Source of the DNA: Leidyana gryllorum EB-2025a
Taxonomy: Eukaryota; Protista; Apicomplexa
DNA length: 64,000 nt
Assembly: GCA_048772705.1 (NCBI GenBank)
Contig: JBLWGC010000186.1
Span: forward strand, 1 to 64,000
Reading direction: 5' to 3'
Shown piece after piece: positions 25,708-38,640 of this stretch; positions within the stretch are counted from its first letter, which is position 1; every line of letters starts with the position of its first letter. The notes under the pieces were generated by a model. The model made no database searches. It was not told the DNA's origin and saw only the letters and a list, made by a program, of their open reading frames with translations. A program made the translations under genes and the position numbers.

Positions 25708-27416
25708 TCACTCAGATGATTCACAACTAGAAAAGTACACACGCATCGACAACTCCAATTGTGCTGCAAACATTGACTTGGCAGGAGCGACATCTCTGAC
25801 CTCCCGCACGTCCTCCACCTTCCAACTCCCTTTCTCTGCCCCTTTCAATGCCGCCTCAATCCGACTCTGCAAGGAGACACAGTCACCAATCTCAGTATTC
25901 TACCACTAACCTGTACGCCTGTGCGATCTGTGTCGAAGCAATAGACTATCACGTGCACTGGCCGCACCTGCGCCTCCTCCGAGGGTTCACAGCCTCGGAG
26001 TACCCCAACAAAAGTGTCTGAATGGGGAGAACGGATATCGATCTCTCTCCCGCCCCCTGTGAACGAACCACTTACCCAGAAACTCGAGGGCGGTAGCGGG
26101 CAGGTTCATCAAGAACCACACCGGCCGGAGAGGCTGGAGGTCCCATTTGGGTGTCTCCACCCGTCGCATTTTACTCGCCTTCGGTTTTCGCCAAACCTTC
26201 TGCGCCTCAGCGAATGCTGTGGGCCACCACTCTTGCAACGGGGTGGGAGACTTGCCGTCAATAATGCTGGGATATTGCACCTCGCTCGGTGCTTTGACGC
26301 TGTCCTCCCCGTCGCTATCCTCGTGTTTGCCTCCTCTCATCATGAGACGGATGAACTCTCGTCCGTCCATGTTGAAGCTCCTCATTCGTCCTTGACACTG
26401 CGATTTATCAAATGCAGTTTCGTCAATCCAACGCCACTCACCTTATTGTTACGGATATTGACGTTCATACACTGTCGCCCAGCGGGGTTCAAGTCATTGC
26501 TGTAAACCTCACACTGACGCAGGGCACTCAGATACACTCCAAAGCCTCCAACGCCACCCATGACATCGCACACAATAGATCCCGCCGGGATCATATTACA
26601 CACCTTCTCACGCTCTCCGGCGAGCCGAGAGTTCCAAAAGACGTTTCGGTAATCGACAAAGAGCTTAAAGCCGTTCTCTATCACCGTGGTGTGGAGCTCA
26701 TCGGTACCCCCGATCACCTCGAGGGGACACACTCTATACTCGTCCTCAATGTTGTGTCTCTTGTTGACAACAGATCGGATCCCGGGATTCTTCTGTGAGA
26801 GTAAAGGGGAATGGGGGAGTAGAGACATTTAGGACTTTGACTTACATCCATGAGAACTTCAGCTATGACTTTGGCGTGCGGTCGCTGTTCCTCACTCAGA
26901 TTGAGGTGGGCTATGTGGCCAATAGTTTCGAACGCTGACGGGATGGTGACACTCTTGGGCAGAAGTTTGGTCAGGATATCTTGCATTGCGAGATCATCGT
27001 ATGTCAATTTGTCTTTGGCCAAACACAGGGGGTACTTTGCCTCTTTGATGGCCGCCTGGACCTTCTCGGGAAGCTGTTCCAGTTTGGTGTACTCATCCTT
27101 GAACAATACCAACTTGTTGTCGGTGCCAATATTTTGATCTTCTAAAGATCTGATTAAACCGGTGCTCACTGGCAGAACCGAGCGCACTCCCTTTCCTGTT
27201 CTTATAAATCTGTGATAACCAATAATTCGAATAAAGAAGGAGGCGTGAAATTACTAACTGGGAGAAGACAGGTCCTCTGAGGACGCTGCTGACTCGATTG
27301 GGCGGGACCGCCAGGGCCAAGAGCTCCCTGTGCTCTGTGAAACTGCAAGCAATGAATCAAAATCTCTCTCTCTCTCTCTCTCGCTCGTTCGCTCACCTCT
27401 CCCGGTCCAATACCAT
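25708..27416 (-). CDS. TRM5: tRNA (guanine37-N1)-methyltransferase Trm5
   Basis: AFETIGHIAHLNL, VFWNSRL, DVMGGVGGF, NDLNP, MNLP and VRDVAP motifs. Confidence 0.93.
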
Positions 27417-27427
27417 TTTTTTTGGTG

Positions 27428-28528
27428 TCAGTCCCGCTTTTTCTTGTGGCTTGCGTATATCAAGCAGACGGCTATGACTACAGTGCTGCCCATCGCCACT
27501 CCGACAGCAACGCACGTCGACGCCAGAAAGGCCGTACCCACGCTAAAAGCAGTCGGATAAGCTTGTAGCCACGCAGCCACACCCGACGCCTTGGCCTGAA
27601 ACACCACCACCGCTTTCCGGACCGGAAGCTTTGGGCTGATTCGGAGCTTGAGCCATCGAGCCGACTCCAGAGACGAGCGGGCGCTCAGGTCAGACAAGAC
27701 AACGTTCTCATAGAGACTGACCGAACCCATCTGCCACCCTGACGGGGCTAATTGTTCTCCGGATATGGGGAGGAAGTAGAGGGCCAGGCCGAGCAGAGAC
27801 GACGCCACGTTTGTCACAGCGTCCTGGAGACGACTGAGTTGCGTAGCAGGAAAGAAAGCGGTAGCCATCTCCAAAATCTTACTCCCACTGCTGGTATAAA
27901 AGGCACTTCTGACATCGACAGGCTGAGCGCTGGGTGTGTCAAGCCAGCCTCGCGTTCGCGCGGTGCACAGGGCTCTTGGCGAGTCAACGGTCCCACAGAA
28001 TCCTCGGCTGTTGTATTGGAACACCAGGGCTATTTCCAGGGGGAAGTCCCGGAGAGCCGACATTCGCGATCGCGGCATTGGAGCCAGACCCACCAATGCT
28101 AGTGGCAGTTTGAGTATGCGGCCGAGCCGGCCCTGTTGCGGATCTGCGGGGACCTGCAGGCCGGATACGTTCAATGCAATATCTGCAAACCCTATGGCCG
28201 CATCGGGCATAGCCGGCGCACGGAACACGGGGTCATCTTCATTGTAGCTCAAATCCTTCTTGGAGGGCACATTGTGTCTGAGCCCTACGGGCAAATTACG
28301 TATACCATAGACGTGGACAGCAGAGGTGGTATCTATCAGGTAGTAGGGATCGTAATCAAAGGCAACAGGGAAAGTTTGAAATCGAGGCGGTATGTAAATA
28401 CGTTGTATCACATAGGTTGAGGTCACCACTGTCACAAACACTGTCCAGAAACATGCTATTGTTGTCAAAGTCGCCGCGGCTCCCAGGATCAGGGCCCTCT
28501 TGAGCAGATACCACTCCGAATTAGACAT
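27428..28528 (-). CDS. Seipin-like lipid-droplet protein, intronless
   Basis: N-terminal TM followed by YIPP...FPVAFDY; C-terminal FQAKASGVAAWLQAYP followed by a TM. This is the seipin topology and pattern. Confidence 0.7.
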   Translation of the reverse strand: MSNSEWYLLKRALILGAAATLTTIACFWTVFVTVVTSTYVIQRIYIPPRFQTFPVAFDYDPYYLIDTTSAVHVYGIRNLPVGLRHNVPSKKDLSYNEDDPVFRAPAMPDAAIGFADIALNVSGLQVPADPQQGRLGRILKLPLALVGLAPMPRSRMSALRDFPLEIALVFQYNSRGFCGTVDSPRALCTARTRGWLDTPSAQPVDVRSAFYTSSGSKILEMATAFFPATQLSRLQDAVTNVASSLLGLALYFLPISGEQLAPSGWQMGSVSLYENVVLSDLSARSSLESARWLKLRISPKLPVRKAVVVFQAKASGVAAWLQAYPTAFSVGTAFLASTCVAVGVAMGSTVVIAVCLIYASHKKKRD

Positions 28529-28561
28529 CGTTCATCTCATTGTGTCCAAAAAAACCTTCTC

Positions 28562-29197
28562 AATGGTCAAAGGGTCCACGGCCCAGAGCATTGAATCCTC
28601 GAATTCGGGGTCCTGGAAGAAGGCGGACCTGGTTGCTCTCCTGGGGTCCGCCACAACGAGCGCCCAACGTAACCGAGCTGTGAAACTATTACGCAAATTC
28701 GACCCCAAACCTCGCAAGGAACTCGATCATGAGGCGAACATTAAGAACATGAAGATGAAGCGGTACAATTCACTGCAGGCATTCGTGTAAGTCCCGTCTC
28801 GGAGCAGAGGCTATCAGAGAGAGAGAGGAGAGAGAGAGAAAGAGAGAGAAAGAGAGACATATCTCTCCCTCTTCACCTCTTCGCCTCTTCGCCTCTTCGC
28901 CTCTTCGCCTCTGCCCCTCACCCCCTGGGTCTCCCCCCCGCGTATTCTTAAATACTCTCTTCGCTCGCAGATGCTATCGGTGTGACAAGGTGAAGCAGAC
29001 GAACGTGAAGGGAACATGGCTGACGAGTGAAGGTGAGACTTGAGTTGTGTTGTGAATTGTTGTGACTGAGGCTGGCAGGTGCCAAGGCTATCTGCAATGC
29101 ATGTTTCAACAACCTGTGCGATCAGCTGGAGTTGGCGGGGGCTCGCGGGTTCAACCAGCAGCAGCAGCAAGTAACCTCGTACATCCCGCCACGATAG
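28562..29197 (+). CDS. Small basic protein with CxxC...CxxC (putative Zn ribbon), 3 exons
   Basis: Spliced translation ...LQAFVCYRCDKVKQTNVKGTWLTSEG...AICNACFNNL. Confidence 0.65.
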
Positions 29198-29269
29198 AAG
29201 TGATGAAGATAGTGTAGTCTATATATATAATGGGGTGTTATGAAGAAAACTAGTTATCCTTTTGGTCGA

Positions 29270-31863
29270 TTAAGAGTAATCCTCTAAGCCATGAAGCTTC
29301 TTGTATTGCGGAGAGAAATCTGGCAGAGCAAAGTTGGGATCTGGAACAAATGCTTCGACATCCCACTGCTGAGCCGTGTCGTTGGCATTACATTTCTGGA
29401 ATAGCAGAACCTTTGCGCTCCCTTCTTTCTGTTCAACGGCCAAGCAGCTCTCCTTGTCGTCTCCCTTGAGGAAAAACAGCTGGTGTGTCTCATGGTCATA
29501 GTCCCAGTGATCACTCTTCTTCGTATCCCAGCACGGCTGGAAGACAGGAGCGCCATCAATATTCGCTATGCACTTGGTTTCGTCCACAAAGGTCTTGATT
29601 TGCTTGTTTGATCTGCAGGCACGAGTTGGGCCACCCCCACGCACGAAACTTACTTGACCTTGAAAAAGCCCTGCGAGCCGCCGGTTCCATGGCAGTGGAA
29701 GAGTCCATAGTTCTCTCCCTCCTTATAGTGCCCGAGAGTGTCAACGCAGGAGCTGCTGAACTTGACATTCCGGATGTAACCAAAGATCTCAATATCATCA
29801 AAGGTACGGACATCATGTGTTGGGTCGACATTCTCCAAAAACCAGCTGAACGGTTTGCAGTTCAATCGCTTCTTTAATTCCAACACCTGACAATAACAAA
29901 ATTCGCGATCCATCGCCCACAAACGGAGACTCACATGATCGATATCGCCAATATCGCTTATCGGTCGTCCAATGAATTTAGACGAGACTTGGTACCACTC
30001 GTCCATCCACAGTCGCGCCGTCCGAATCTTGTTCCGCCACACAGCCTCACTCGGCGAAGAATAGCCCACTCCACTATCAGCGAGCAACGTGAGACACTTT
30101 CCGGTCGGCCGAGCGCTGTACCACTCACCCGTCGCGGTAGATGTGATACGTGCGGGAACAGGGCATACATTCGAGCCGTCCGCCACACATCCAAGTTCGG
30201 AAACCCATCTCCACATTCTCACTTCCCCACATCGCAAATTCCTCATCGTATCTACACAATCAATCGAATAAGCAACCAATCGTCGCCTGCCAGAGACATG
30301 AATAATCTGCTCACCCGCCAATCTCCCAGAACCAGTCAGTTCGAACAGCGAACAGACCACCGGCCATCGAGGCACTTGGGATGGGCCTCGGGTCGAGCAC
30401 CTCTCCTGTCAAACTGGCCTTCTCAACCATATTCCACTTCCAAGACAACCAGCATCTGAAAGAGAAAATGAGAGAGAGATCTAAGCCACGCCTGCTGCAA
30501 ACAACTTGGAGACTCACCCGATACCAGCGTGGCGCATGTATTCGAATTTATCGGCACTCAGTGCCATGACTTGAGGAAAGACGATGGACTTGGGCTCTAC
30601 GAAGAGCTGCCACAACTGAGGCTCCAACCAGCCTTCATTGACCTCAATATGTGAATCGAGGACCACCAGTATGGGGGCTTTTGCCGCCTGAGCCCCAGCC
30701 AAACGAGCCCACACGAGACCTCTTCTCTCGGGCATTCTGAGCAACTTGACCTTCGGCAAGAGCTTAAGGTGCTCGTAGAGTTCAGAGCCGGGGAGATTTT
30801 CGGTGAGGTTGGAGTGATCGTCCACCAAGATGATCTCTCGCAGAATAGGGGGCGGTGTCTGGTTGAGTACAGAGTGGACAGATCTCAGCAGAGTGGAGAG
30901 CGGCTCGTTGTAGAAAGTGATCACCACTGACGCTTCATCGAGGAGAGTATAGTTCCACTGACGGCTGAGACAGACGACATCTCGAGTATCAGCCGGCTTT
31001 CGGTCGAGCGGCAGTGCATTGGCGAGATCGAGATAGAAACCGCCATGCTTCATGCCCTCCTTACGGCCACCGGGATAGTCATTAACATCCGCTGGCGGCA
31101 TTGGGGAGGGATTCCAGAGCTGAGTACCGTTGGGATACACTCCGACCCGGCCGTGTCTGCGAGGGAAGTCGTTCTGGTCATTATTCCAGAACGGGAAGAC
31201 GGCGAGCGAATTGTAGTAATGGCGGGAGTCTTTCGGGAACTGATCCATGAAGTCGCGGTTGCCAACATATGGCGGCAGTTTCTCATCCATATCGTAGTCC
31301 CATGTGAGAGTGAACGCCTCATCTTTAGTATATTTGGGTCTTTCTGGCATGGGGCCAGTGACAATCGGTCCCAGGCCGTTGAGAGGTGTCAAACGCACTG
31401 GGTGTCGCTCGGCCTCCACGATCGGAACCCGAGCGGCAGCGTTCCCTGAGACCGCCTCGTTCTCCGGCTCGCTCAATTCTTGAAGCTCCTTTTCCGCTTC
31501 ATTCAAAAAGTTCAGAACCTGGTCGGGGATGGTGACTTCAACGTAGCCCAGCTCCCGTCGGACAGAGGAGGGAGCCAAATCTAGGGACGCCACGAAGGTC
31601 TCGTTGAGACGGTACATGCCGAAGGGTGCGGCCACATTGGCAGCTCCCCCCAGTGCTCGGATGGCCTTTGCCGTTAGGTGGGATTGGAATATACAAAACC
31701 CCAGCGACAATGGCAGTAATCCGAACAACACTAGCTGCTTGACAGAGAGGTCCAGCTTGAGCGCGGCCCATCGGCTGTTTCGCGGCGAGCCCTCATCTCG
31801 CCGGCCCGACAGCGTTGCATATAGCTGGTAGGCAGCAGCTTTGAGAGGACTGCGCGGCTCCAT
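29270..31863 (-). CDS. Polypeptide N-acetylgalactosaminyltransferase (GT27 + ricin-B lectin), paralog A
   Basis: Type [40 protein letters not shown] and a ricin QxW repeat region. Confidence 0.95.
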
Positions 31864-31876
31864 TCCAAAAGATTTA

Positions 31877-32568
31877 ATGGTCAGTGTGGCCCAACGAGCC
31901 AGGTTTGTAAGTGGCTACCTATACGGCCGAACGTCCTTCGAACCACTACACATTCTATTCTCCATCTGGATACTACAGGTACAGTCTGGCGGATGGTTTG
32001 TTGCAGCACACACGCGTTTCACATCCAGCTGGCATACTATGTTCTGTTTATTGGGCTTATATTAGTTGGTCACGTCCTGCACGGCTGGCCACGTAGTATC
32101 CGGTTCCTCAGCACTCATGGATATGCCGATTTGAGCCCCCATTTCGTAGCTCTGTACCTCACCATCTTAGGAATACTAATGTGAGGAGACAAAGGAGGAG
32201 AATTCATGCGCTGACTGCCTGTTTCAGGGGAATAATGACCAGTTGGGTTGGCGAGAGAGTAAAACGATGCATAGACTTCGGCCTAACTACCTGGCTGATT
32301 GACATCTGTATCTGCTGTTTGGTCGCCGGATTTCCAACAACTCGTGAGTTGCTGTGCTCCCGCAGCGGAACTACCGATATACATTGTGAGGCATTCAGAC
32401 ACATGGTGGTTGGTGACTCTGGGTGTGAGTATAGTGAATCTCATAGTGGCAGAAAGAACGTGCCACTACAAAGACACGCGAGAGCTGGTGATCGCTGTTA
32501 CACCGGTCGTGACAGAGTCAGAGATGGTGTACGGACGTCCCCGGATTCGACCAGAGGATCAGGTTTGA
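31877..32568 (+). CDS. SYS1: SYS1-like Golgi membrane protein
   Basis: FEPLHILFSIWILQ, ERVKRCIDFGLT, GFP, TWW and AERTC...REL match the SYS1 pattern. Confidence 0.75.
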
Positions 32569-32635
32569 TAACATGGGTCACAGAGGCAGGCAGGCAAGCA
32601 GGCACGCATGCTTACGCAACACAACACATTTGACA

Positions 32636-32836
32636 ATGAGCAATTCTGGAAAGGACGAATACGTACGTGAGCCTGTTGGCGCTACCAAAGACAGGGAAGG
32701 ATTCGCTACCACCAAGTCGAACTCTTTCGACAACCCTCTGGAGTTCCTCAAGCGCGTAGAACAGGAGAAGGGCGACATAGCCAACCGATCCCCGGTTGCA
32801 CCCCCCATAAAGGAGGAGGACGAGAACAAGAACTGA
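32636..32836 (+). CDS. 66-aa hydrophilic small protein
   Basis: Fills the gap between two genes; charged composition. Confidence 0.45.
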   Translation: MSNSGKDEYVREPVGATKDREGFATTKSNSFDNPLEFLKRVEQEKGDIANRSPVAPPIKEEDENKN

Positions 32837-32891
32837 GAAGAGAACTTCAACTTCAAAGCTCCTCGCTCATTTATTTGCTAAATGATACACA

Positions 32892-33493
32892 TCAGTCCAT
32901 GTTCAAACGAACTCTCTCGCCAAGTTGAGCTTCGATAATCCCCTTTACCTTCTCACTGACCTTCTCAACTTCCTTTTGTTGCCGCTCCAACTCGTCAATC
33001 TTCCCCTGCACTTTCTTCTGCCGCCGGTCCATCTCGTCCATGGCGGCCAGATCGTCTGTTATCAGCTGGAACGCTTCTCCAACACTCAACCTGCAGAGCA
33101 GCAATAAACGTAATTGGACACCACCGTAGATACGACACACGGGCGGCCGGGCCAAAAGGCGTCCAGAAACCTCACAGTCAGACCGCCGCAAGAGACGTCA
33201 GACCACCTCCAAGCCGGACAACCCTTTCTCAACTCGCCCGGTGTCTCTCTCTCTCTTAGTACTACTCACCACGAGCCTTCGAGCGTAACTTCCGCTTGTG
33301 CGTCATCGTACCCAATGTTTTCTTCCTGCAAGAAGGTTGTGTGTCAGAGTGGCGGCCGGTTAGCGGGGGGCGGTTGTACCTTGAGTTCCTTCACTTCTTG
33401 TGTGAGCATTTGTACTTCCCATGTGGTGCTTGCGAAGGTCGATATCGCATTCTGCACTGATTCGCTGATTATCCAGTCCTCTGACGTTGCCAT
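32892..33493 (-). CDS. PFDN4: Prefoldin subunit 4-like (3 exons)
   Basis: Spliced MATSEDW...QNAISTFA...LSVGEAF...coiled coil...QLGERVRLNMD resembles PFDN4/Gim3. Confidence 0.7.
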
Positions 33494-33581
33494 TTTTTGT
33501 ACGTTTATTGACGTAATTTCACCAAATCGACTAGCAGTGCTACTTAGGGAATGGGGTGTAATCCGAGGTCCGGCACTCCCA

Positions 33582-36073
33582 TCAACGAGAGGGCGTTGGA
33601 GGGAGGCGGGAAGGGTACGGCTGCAACAAACAACACGTCAGTGCCTCATTTTGATCGCTAAACTTACAGGGCAAATGCCCACGTTTGTCTCGTGGCTTCC
33701 ACTTGTTCATGTACGGTTTCACTGGCGGGTCGCACACAGCTCGGAACTGCAGCGCGTCGCTGCAAAGCAGCCGCAAGGCCGCCTCGGTGTCATATCGGCA
33801 ATGGTGCAGAAGCTGCAAAGGTTGAACCGCACATTGAGAGAGAGACTAGGCAGATACCGCTCTCACCTTGAGGGCAAATTCTTGGGTGGGGGGCCATTGG
33901 ATCCACACAGGCCACAACGCGACCGCTTTGTGGACATATTCCGTCACTGTAGTACAAATGGTATCAGTCCGTGGCCTCATCCTAAGCTTACGGTCTCTCT
34001 CGCTCAGAGGCACATGTTCCTTGCCACTATCCTGTCTCCGCTTCTCCAGCTCTGTGGCCGAGAACACCAGTCTGCAGGTGGACGCAGTGGCCATCCGGTG
34101 GATAGGGACCCGCCCCAGATGATCTCTCGGAAGGTATTGGATCACCGACTGTCTATCCATCGCCATATAGTTGAGACCAAATTCTTTGGCCTCGAGGAAG
34201 TGTTTGTTCACTCCTGGAACTTGGAAGCTCGCTCCAACATTGACCTTCGCCTGAACCCCCTGAATGTCTTCCTGAACCTCTTCTTTTTTCGCCCGTCTGT
34301 TCTCCAACACCTGAGCTCGTCTGGTGGATCTACGAGGTTGATCGAGCTCAGCAACGTTTGTGTCTTCATCGCTCTTCTGCTTGGCACCGGTGGTCGCGGC
34401 GGTACCAGTGGTCGTGGTGGTTCTCCTCCCCATGATATGTGGTTTGGCCGCAACTTCGGCCTTGACATCTGGTTCGGCCTGTTCGATACCTTCGTCAGAC
34501 AGAGGCGGAGTGTCCGGAGAGGCTTCGGCCATAGACGCCTGCTCCATTTCAGCGCGGACCTCGGACTCCCGCTTCGATAACATGTTATATAATGCGCCGT
34601 GGCGTTGAATGGCTCGACGGATGCCTGCCAACGCCAAGAGTATCCTCGGGGGAAACGTATCGGTGGAATGCAGCGGCTCGTTCACGAACTTGGTCACCTC
34701 TTCCATCCACTGAATAACGTTGCCCGGATTCTGCGAGGGCACGCTGGGCTCCGCCATATCACCTTCGTCGCCCGAAGCAGCCGTCGTTGGCCCCCCCGCG
34801 CCGCCGCCCGCACTCAATAGAGTCAGAAACTGAGGAACGCCCCTTTTCCAGTATCGCTGTATGGGAGCCGCCATGCAGTAGGGACAGTACCACTCGGCTT
34901 CTTTCAGACACAATGGCTCTCGACTGCTCCCAGACCCCTCCTTCAAATCCTCTTCCGCCCGTCGGCTCGCCGCCTTGAGGCCGTGCTTGGCGATGGGGAC
35001 ATACATAGAAGAGGGCCTCTCCAAAGGTTCCAGACAGTCCGGGTGGAAGGCAAGCGGACAACAGTCACAGCACAGCAAATCACCACCTCCCTATATCGAA
35101 ATAATGAGATGAGTCGTTTCCATGGATTCCATCATTATGAGACCCCAATGAGAAAGACTCAATATGAGACAGAGAGAGAGAGAGAGGGAGACAAACAAAT
35201 GGACACACACACTCGTCAACGACGGGAGAGTAACTCACCCGACACTCGGCGCAGATTTGAATATTCTCAGCTGCGAGTTCGATGTGTTTAGCCGTTCGCA
35301 AAGTCTCGAGCAACGCTTTGGTCGAGATGTCGAATGTCATGAGTTGGTTCTGCATTGATTGTGTCTGGGGTGAGCTGGAATGTCACTCACCTCATGATGG
35401 CGTGCCAAGTGAACTCCAAAGTCAACTTCGTTACCTCGACTTGGGTGCAGTTCTGGAGAAGCGTCTCTTGCCCGGGCGGCAGCTGCACTCTGCTTTGGCT
35501 CTCGTCTACGAGATTTCGGCTCCTCCTCTGAGGCGAAGACGAGGATGAGACTTTCTCCCACTTTGGCTCGCCACTTACTGAGAGTTTCCCGCTCTGCGGG
35601 CTTTGCCATCACCTTTTGGCTCGCCGGTCGTCGGGCCCTTCCGGCTCGCGATGTTACACGCGGCTGAGCCGTGTCACCATCAGAGGTGCCACCGTGATCA
35701 CTCGACCCCTCGTCATCGGCTTGCGTTTTCTTGGCAGCAGAAGCCGAAGCTGTGCGCGCAGTCACTGCACCTGCAACCGAAAGATGAGCTCGTGTGTGTG
35801 TATGTTCTCGTGTGCATCTGTTTGCTCACGTGTGCGTTTGGATCCCTCTGCGACCTGTTCGGTCTTGACTTTCTTCTCGTCTCGCTGGTTCTCGTCATCT
35901 GAGGGTTGTGGTGGGCTTCTTCGTTTCTTGGAACGGGTGGACTTGGACGACCGTTCCTTTTTCAACTCGGAGTCGGAACCTGCAGATTCGGGTTGCTTGT
36001 CTCGGCGTCGTGATCGTCTCTGAGGGGATGCATCAGACATTGCCGTAGCACCCTCGTTGCCAGCACCATCCAT
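33582..36073 (-). CDS. PHD-finger and ELM2-like chromatin protein
   Basis: ICAEC...LLCCDCCPLAFHPDCL...WYCPYC PHD finger; KVNVGASFQVP is ELM2-like. Confidence 0.8.
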
Positions 36074-36101
36074 GTCTGTGCTGGCCAAAAAAACAACACA
36101 A

Positions 36102-38612
36102 TCACGCAGCAAGTTCTCTTGACCGGAACATTTGAACTTCACCCGAAATTGAGTCATAGATCGCCCACACCCCCTCATCGCCAGCAAAGGAACCCAGACT
36201 CATAGTCACGTGACCTGTAGGTAGCTTGTGCGTGTAGCTTGAGCACGTGGTATCTCCAATGACAACCTGCAATCTCTTTCTGCCCGGCCGCACATTGGCA
36301 CACCCACCAGATTAGGCAAAGGATCCAACCACAATAGACTGTCGTGCTCAGGGGGGATTGTAACTAGCCTTCGCGGGAAAGGAGAAGCGATTGGGAGCAG
36401 AGAACACTGACCCAACATGACTTTTGCCTGCCAAAGACTCATTTCTTCGGGTGTGGGATACAACCCTTTGTAGTAAGGGACGTGGGCCCCAACATGTCTA
36501 TCGAAGAGGAGAGGGAACTCGTTGGCTCGGATCACTGCCATTGTGCATCCCATTTGCTGAATTCTTTACCGCCACCATATTAGAGAGAGCAGCCATCCCG
36601 CAAAGGTCTCTCTCACCTCACAGGGTTGCCTACGAAAGATATCTGAGCGTGGGGACACACCCTCTCGACTTCGGCCTTCAAGAAAGTCGTCAGCGGCTCG
36701 TGGATGGCGGGCCGAGGGATTGTAGCCAAACCGGGATCGTGCGGTCCGGGGACAAACAAGAATTGGCACCCACTGTTTGCGAGGCGAGGGTGTCTCACAA
36801 ACTCATTGTAGAACAATCGCCACGTGACAATATAATCCTTGATGGCACGATACCGTCGCATAGCCCAACATGAGGCCGAAGGCAACATATGGGCGACCGT
36901 TGACTCGGGATCCGGCGCAAAGTTCAGCCCAAAGTCTCCCATGATGACGAACCCGACCGGGAAAGGCATCTGTGACCCCTCACTCTTACTCTCCATATCT
37001 TCCGGGCGAGTCACATCTGAGGCCATTCGTTCGAAGACTGAGGCATATTGATGACTGTCCCGAATCGTCCGACGAAACTTGTCGACTCACCGTCCAACAA
37101 GCGCTTGAATCTCATCGCTGTGTCTGGATCCTCCAACTTGACATCGTTCAGAAACACCCAGTTCTGTCTGGCCAAATCCCGGAGTCCCTCGTTCGAAGAA
37201 GTGGCGATTTTGGCCAAGTCAGCCATAATCCTCCCTCTATGACGCTGATGCAGAGACGTCTCACTCATTTAACCACTCAGCAGCCGAGACCCACTTCTTC
37301 TTGGAGGTTCACAGTCGTCTCGACGAAGCTTTTCAGCGGCGACTCAGAGTTGATGCTCAAGTCTACCCGTGCAGTCAGTTATGAGTTACGAGTCTCTCCC
37401 CGATTCTCACCATGCCACGGATGAGACATCTCGGTCGCCCACATCGTCGGTTCTTGGCCAGCACGGCTGACGAGTGTGCCCCTCACAATGACAATATGCC
37501 CGTCCAGGAAGGGAGCGTCCTCAAACTCACACTATGATGGATTCTCTTCACAGCTGATACGATCACCCACCTCGGAGAGATCGAGATCGACGATCAGACC
37601 CATATCCTCCAACTGCCAAACCTTCTTGGTGTCTCCGGTGTCCAAGTTGAGTCTCTGAGTCGCCCGCAGGAATCCAAGCAGACAGAGATCTTCGTCTACT
37701 CTGGAGATCATCACAAACCACCCGGTACCCCAGATCGTGATCACCTTCGAGCCCCAAAGCATGTTCAAGTCCCCGCACTCGTTTCGAGTACGGGCGTGTC
37801 TCGTCTTCCATAGAGTTGTTGAGCATTGTTCCGACATTCTCCGAATCGTCCGCCCACCACGTCACAGATGGATCCCTCTTCAGTCTCTGGAATTCGCATA
37901 TTTGTGCACCTCCCTCCCCACGTAGCCCGTCTTACTTCCACGACCAAATGGTATCTTTGCCGGTACATGTGTGCCTGTGCCAACGGTCCCGGCTGCAGAG
38001 TGGGTGGATTCACGAGCCGTCGCCATCGCTGATGAGACAGAGAGAGAGCTGTGGGTTAGTTTGAAGCTCAGATTCAGACGTTACTTTGTTCTGAGCATCG
38101 AAAGCACAGCGTTCTCCAGCACGCAGAATAGAATCGGCCCCCGCGTTGGTCATATCATAGTAGACAGTGGCTTTGCGAGCGGATCGCAGAACGTGTGCGA
38201 GGTTTGTGTACAGTTGACGGTGAATGAGTGACGACGAAGTATCAGTTAGAGTTGAAGACAGATTCAAGTTCAGGGACAGATCGGCTGGCGTCCCTACGGG
38301 AATCATCGGGGTAGAGATAGACTCATCCTGTGTGAAGAGAGGCGTGTCAGTGGAAGGTGCCTCGTTTGGTGCTGCGGCGTCCTTCAAAGCATCTATGACA
38401 CGTTGTACGTCATCCGCTGTGATTTCTTCGGTCTCGGCGGTCTCTTGTTCCTTCAAATGGTCATCCAAGACTTCAAGAAATCCGACCAGAGCGGCTTCCA
38501 GATTATCAGGGCCGACGCTCGCAAGGTATCGGCTGAGGCAGACGGCGCCAGCCTCGGCGACCTCACAGTTGAATTCAGTTTGAAACAGATCTATCACCTC
38601 AGACGGGTCCAT
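36102..38612 (-). CDS. POLE2: DNA polymerase epsilon subunit 2
   Basis: FLNDVKLED, FVIMGDF, FLFVPGPHDP, PRPAI, NPVR and LWLDPLPNL motifs. Confidence 0.9.
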
Positions 38613-38640
38613 TATATACACTGACTTTGAAAAAGTGGTC

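Noticed and set aside
33114-34580. 488-aa plus-strand ORF
   Set aside because: Antisense shadow of the PHD-ELM2 and prefoldin genes, with a non-ATG start and no motifs.
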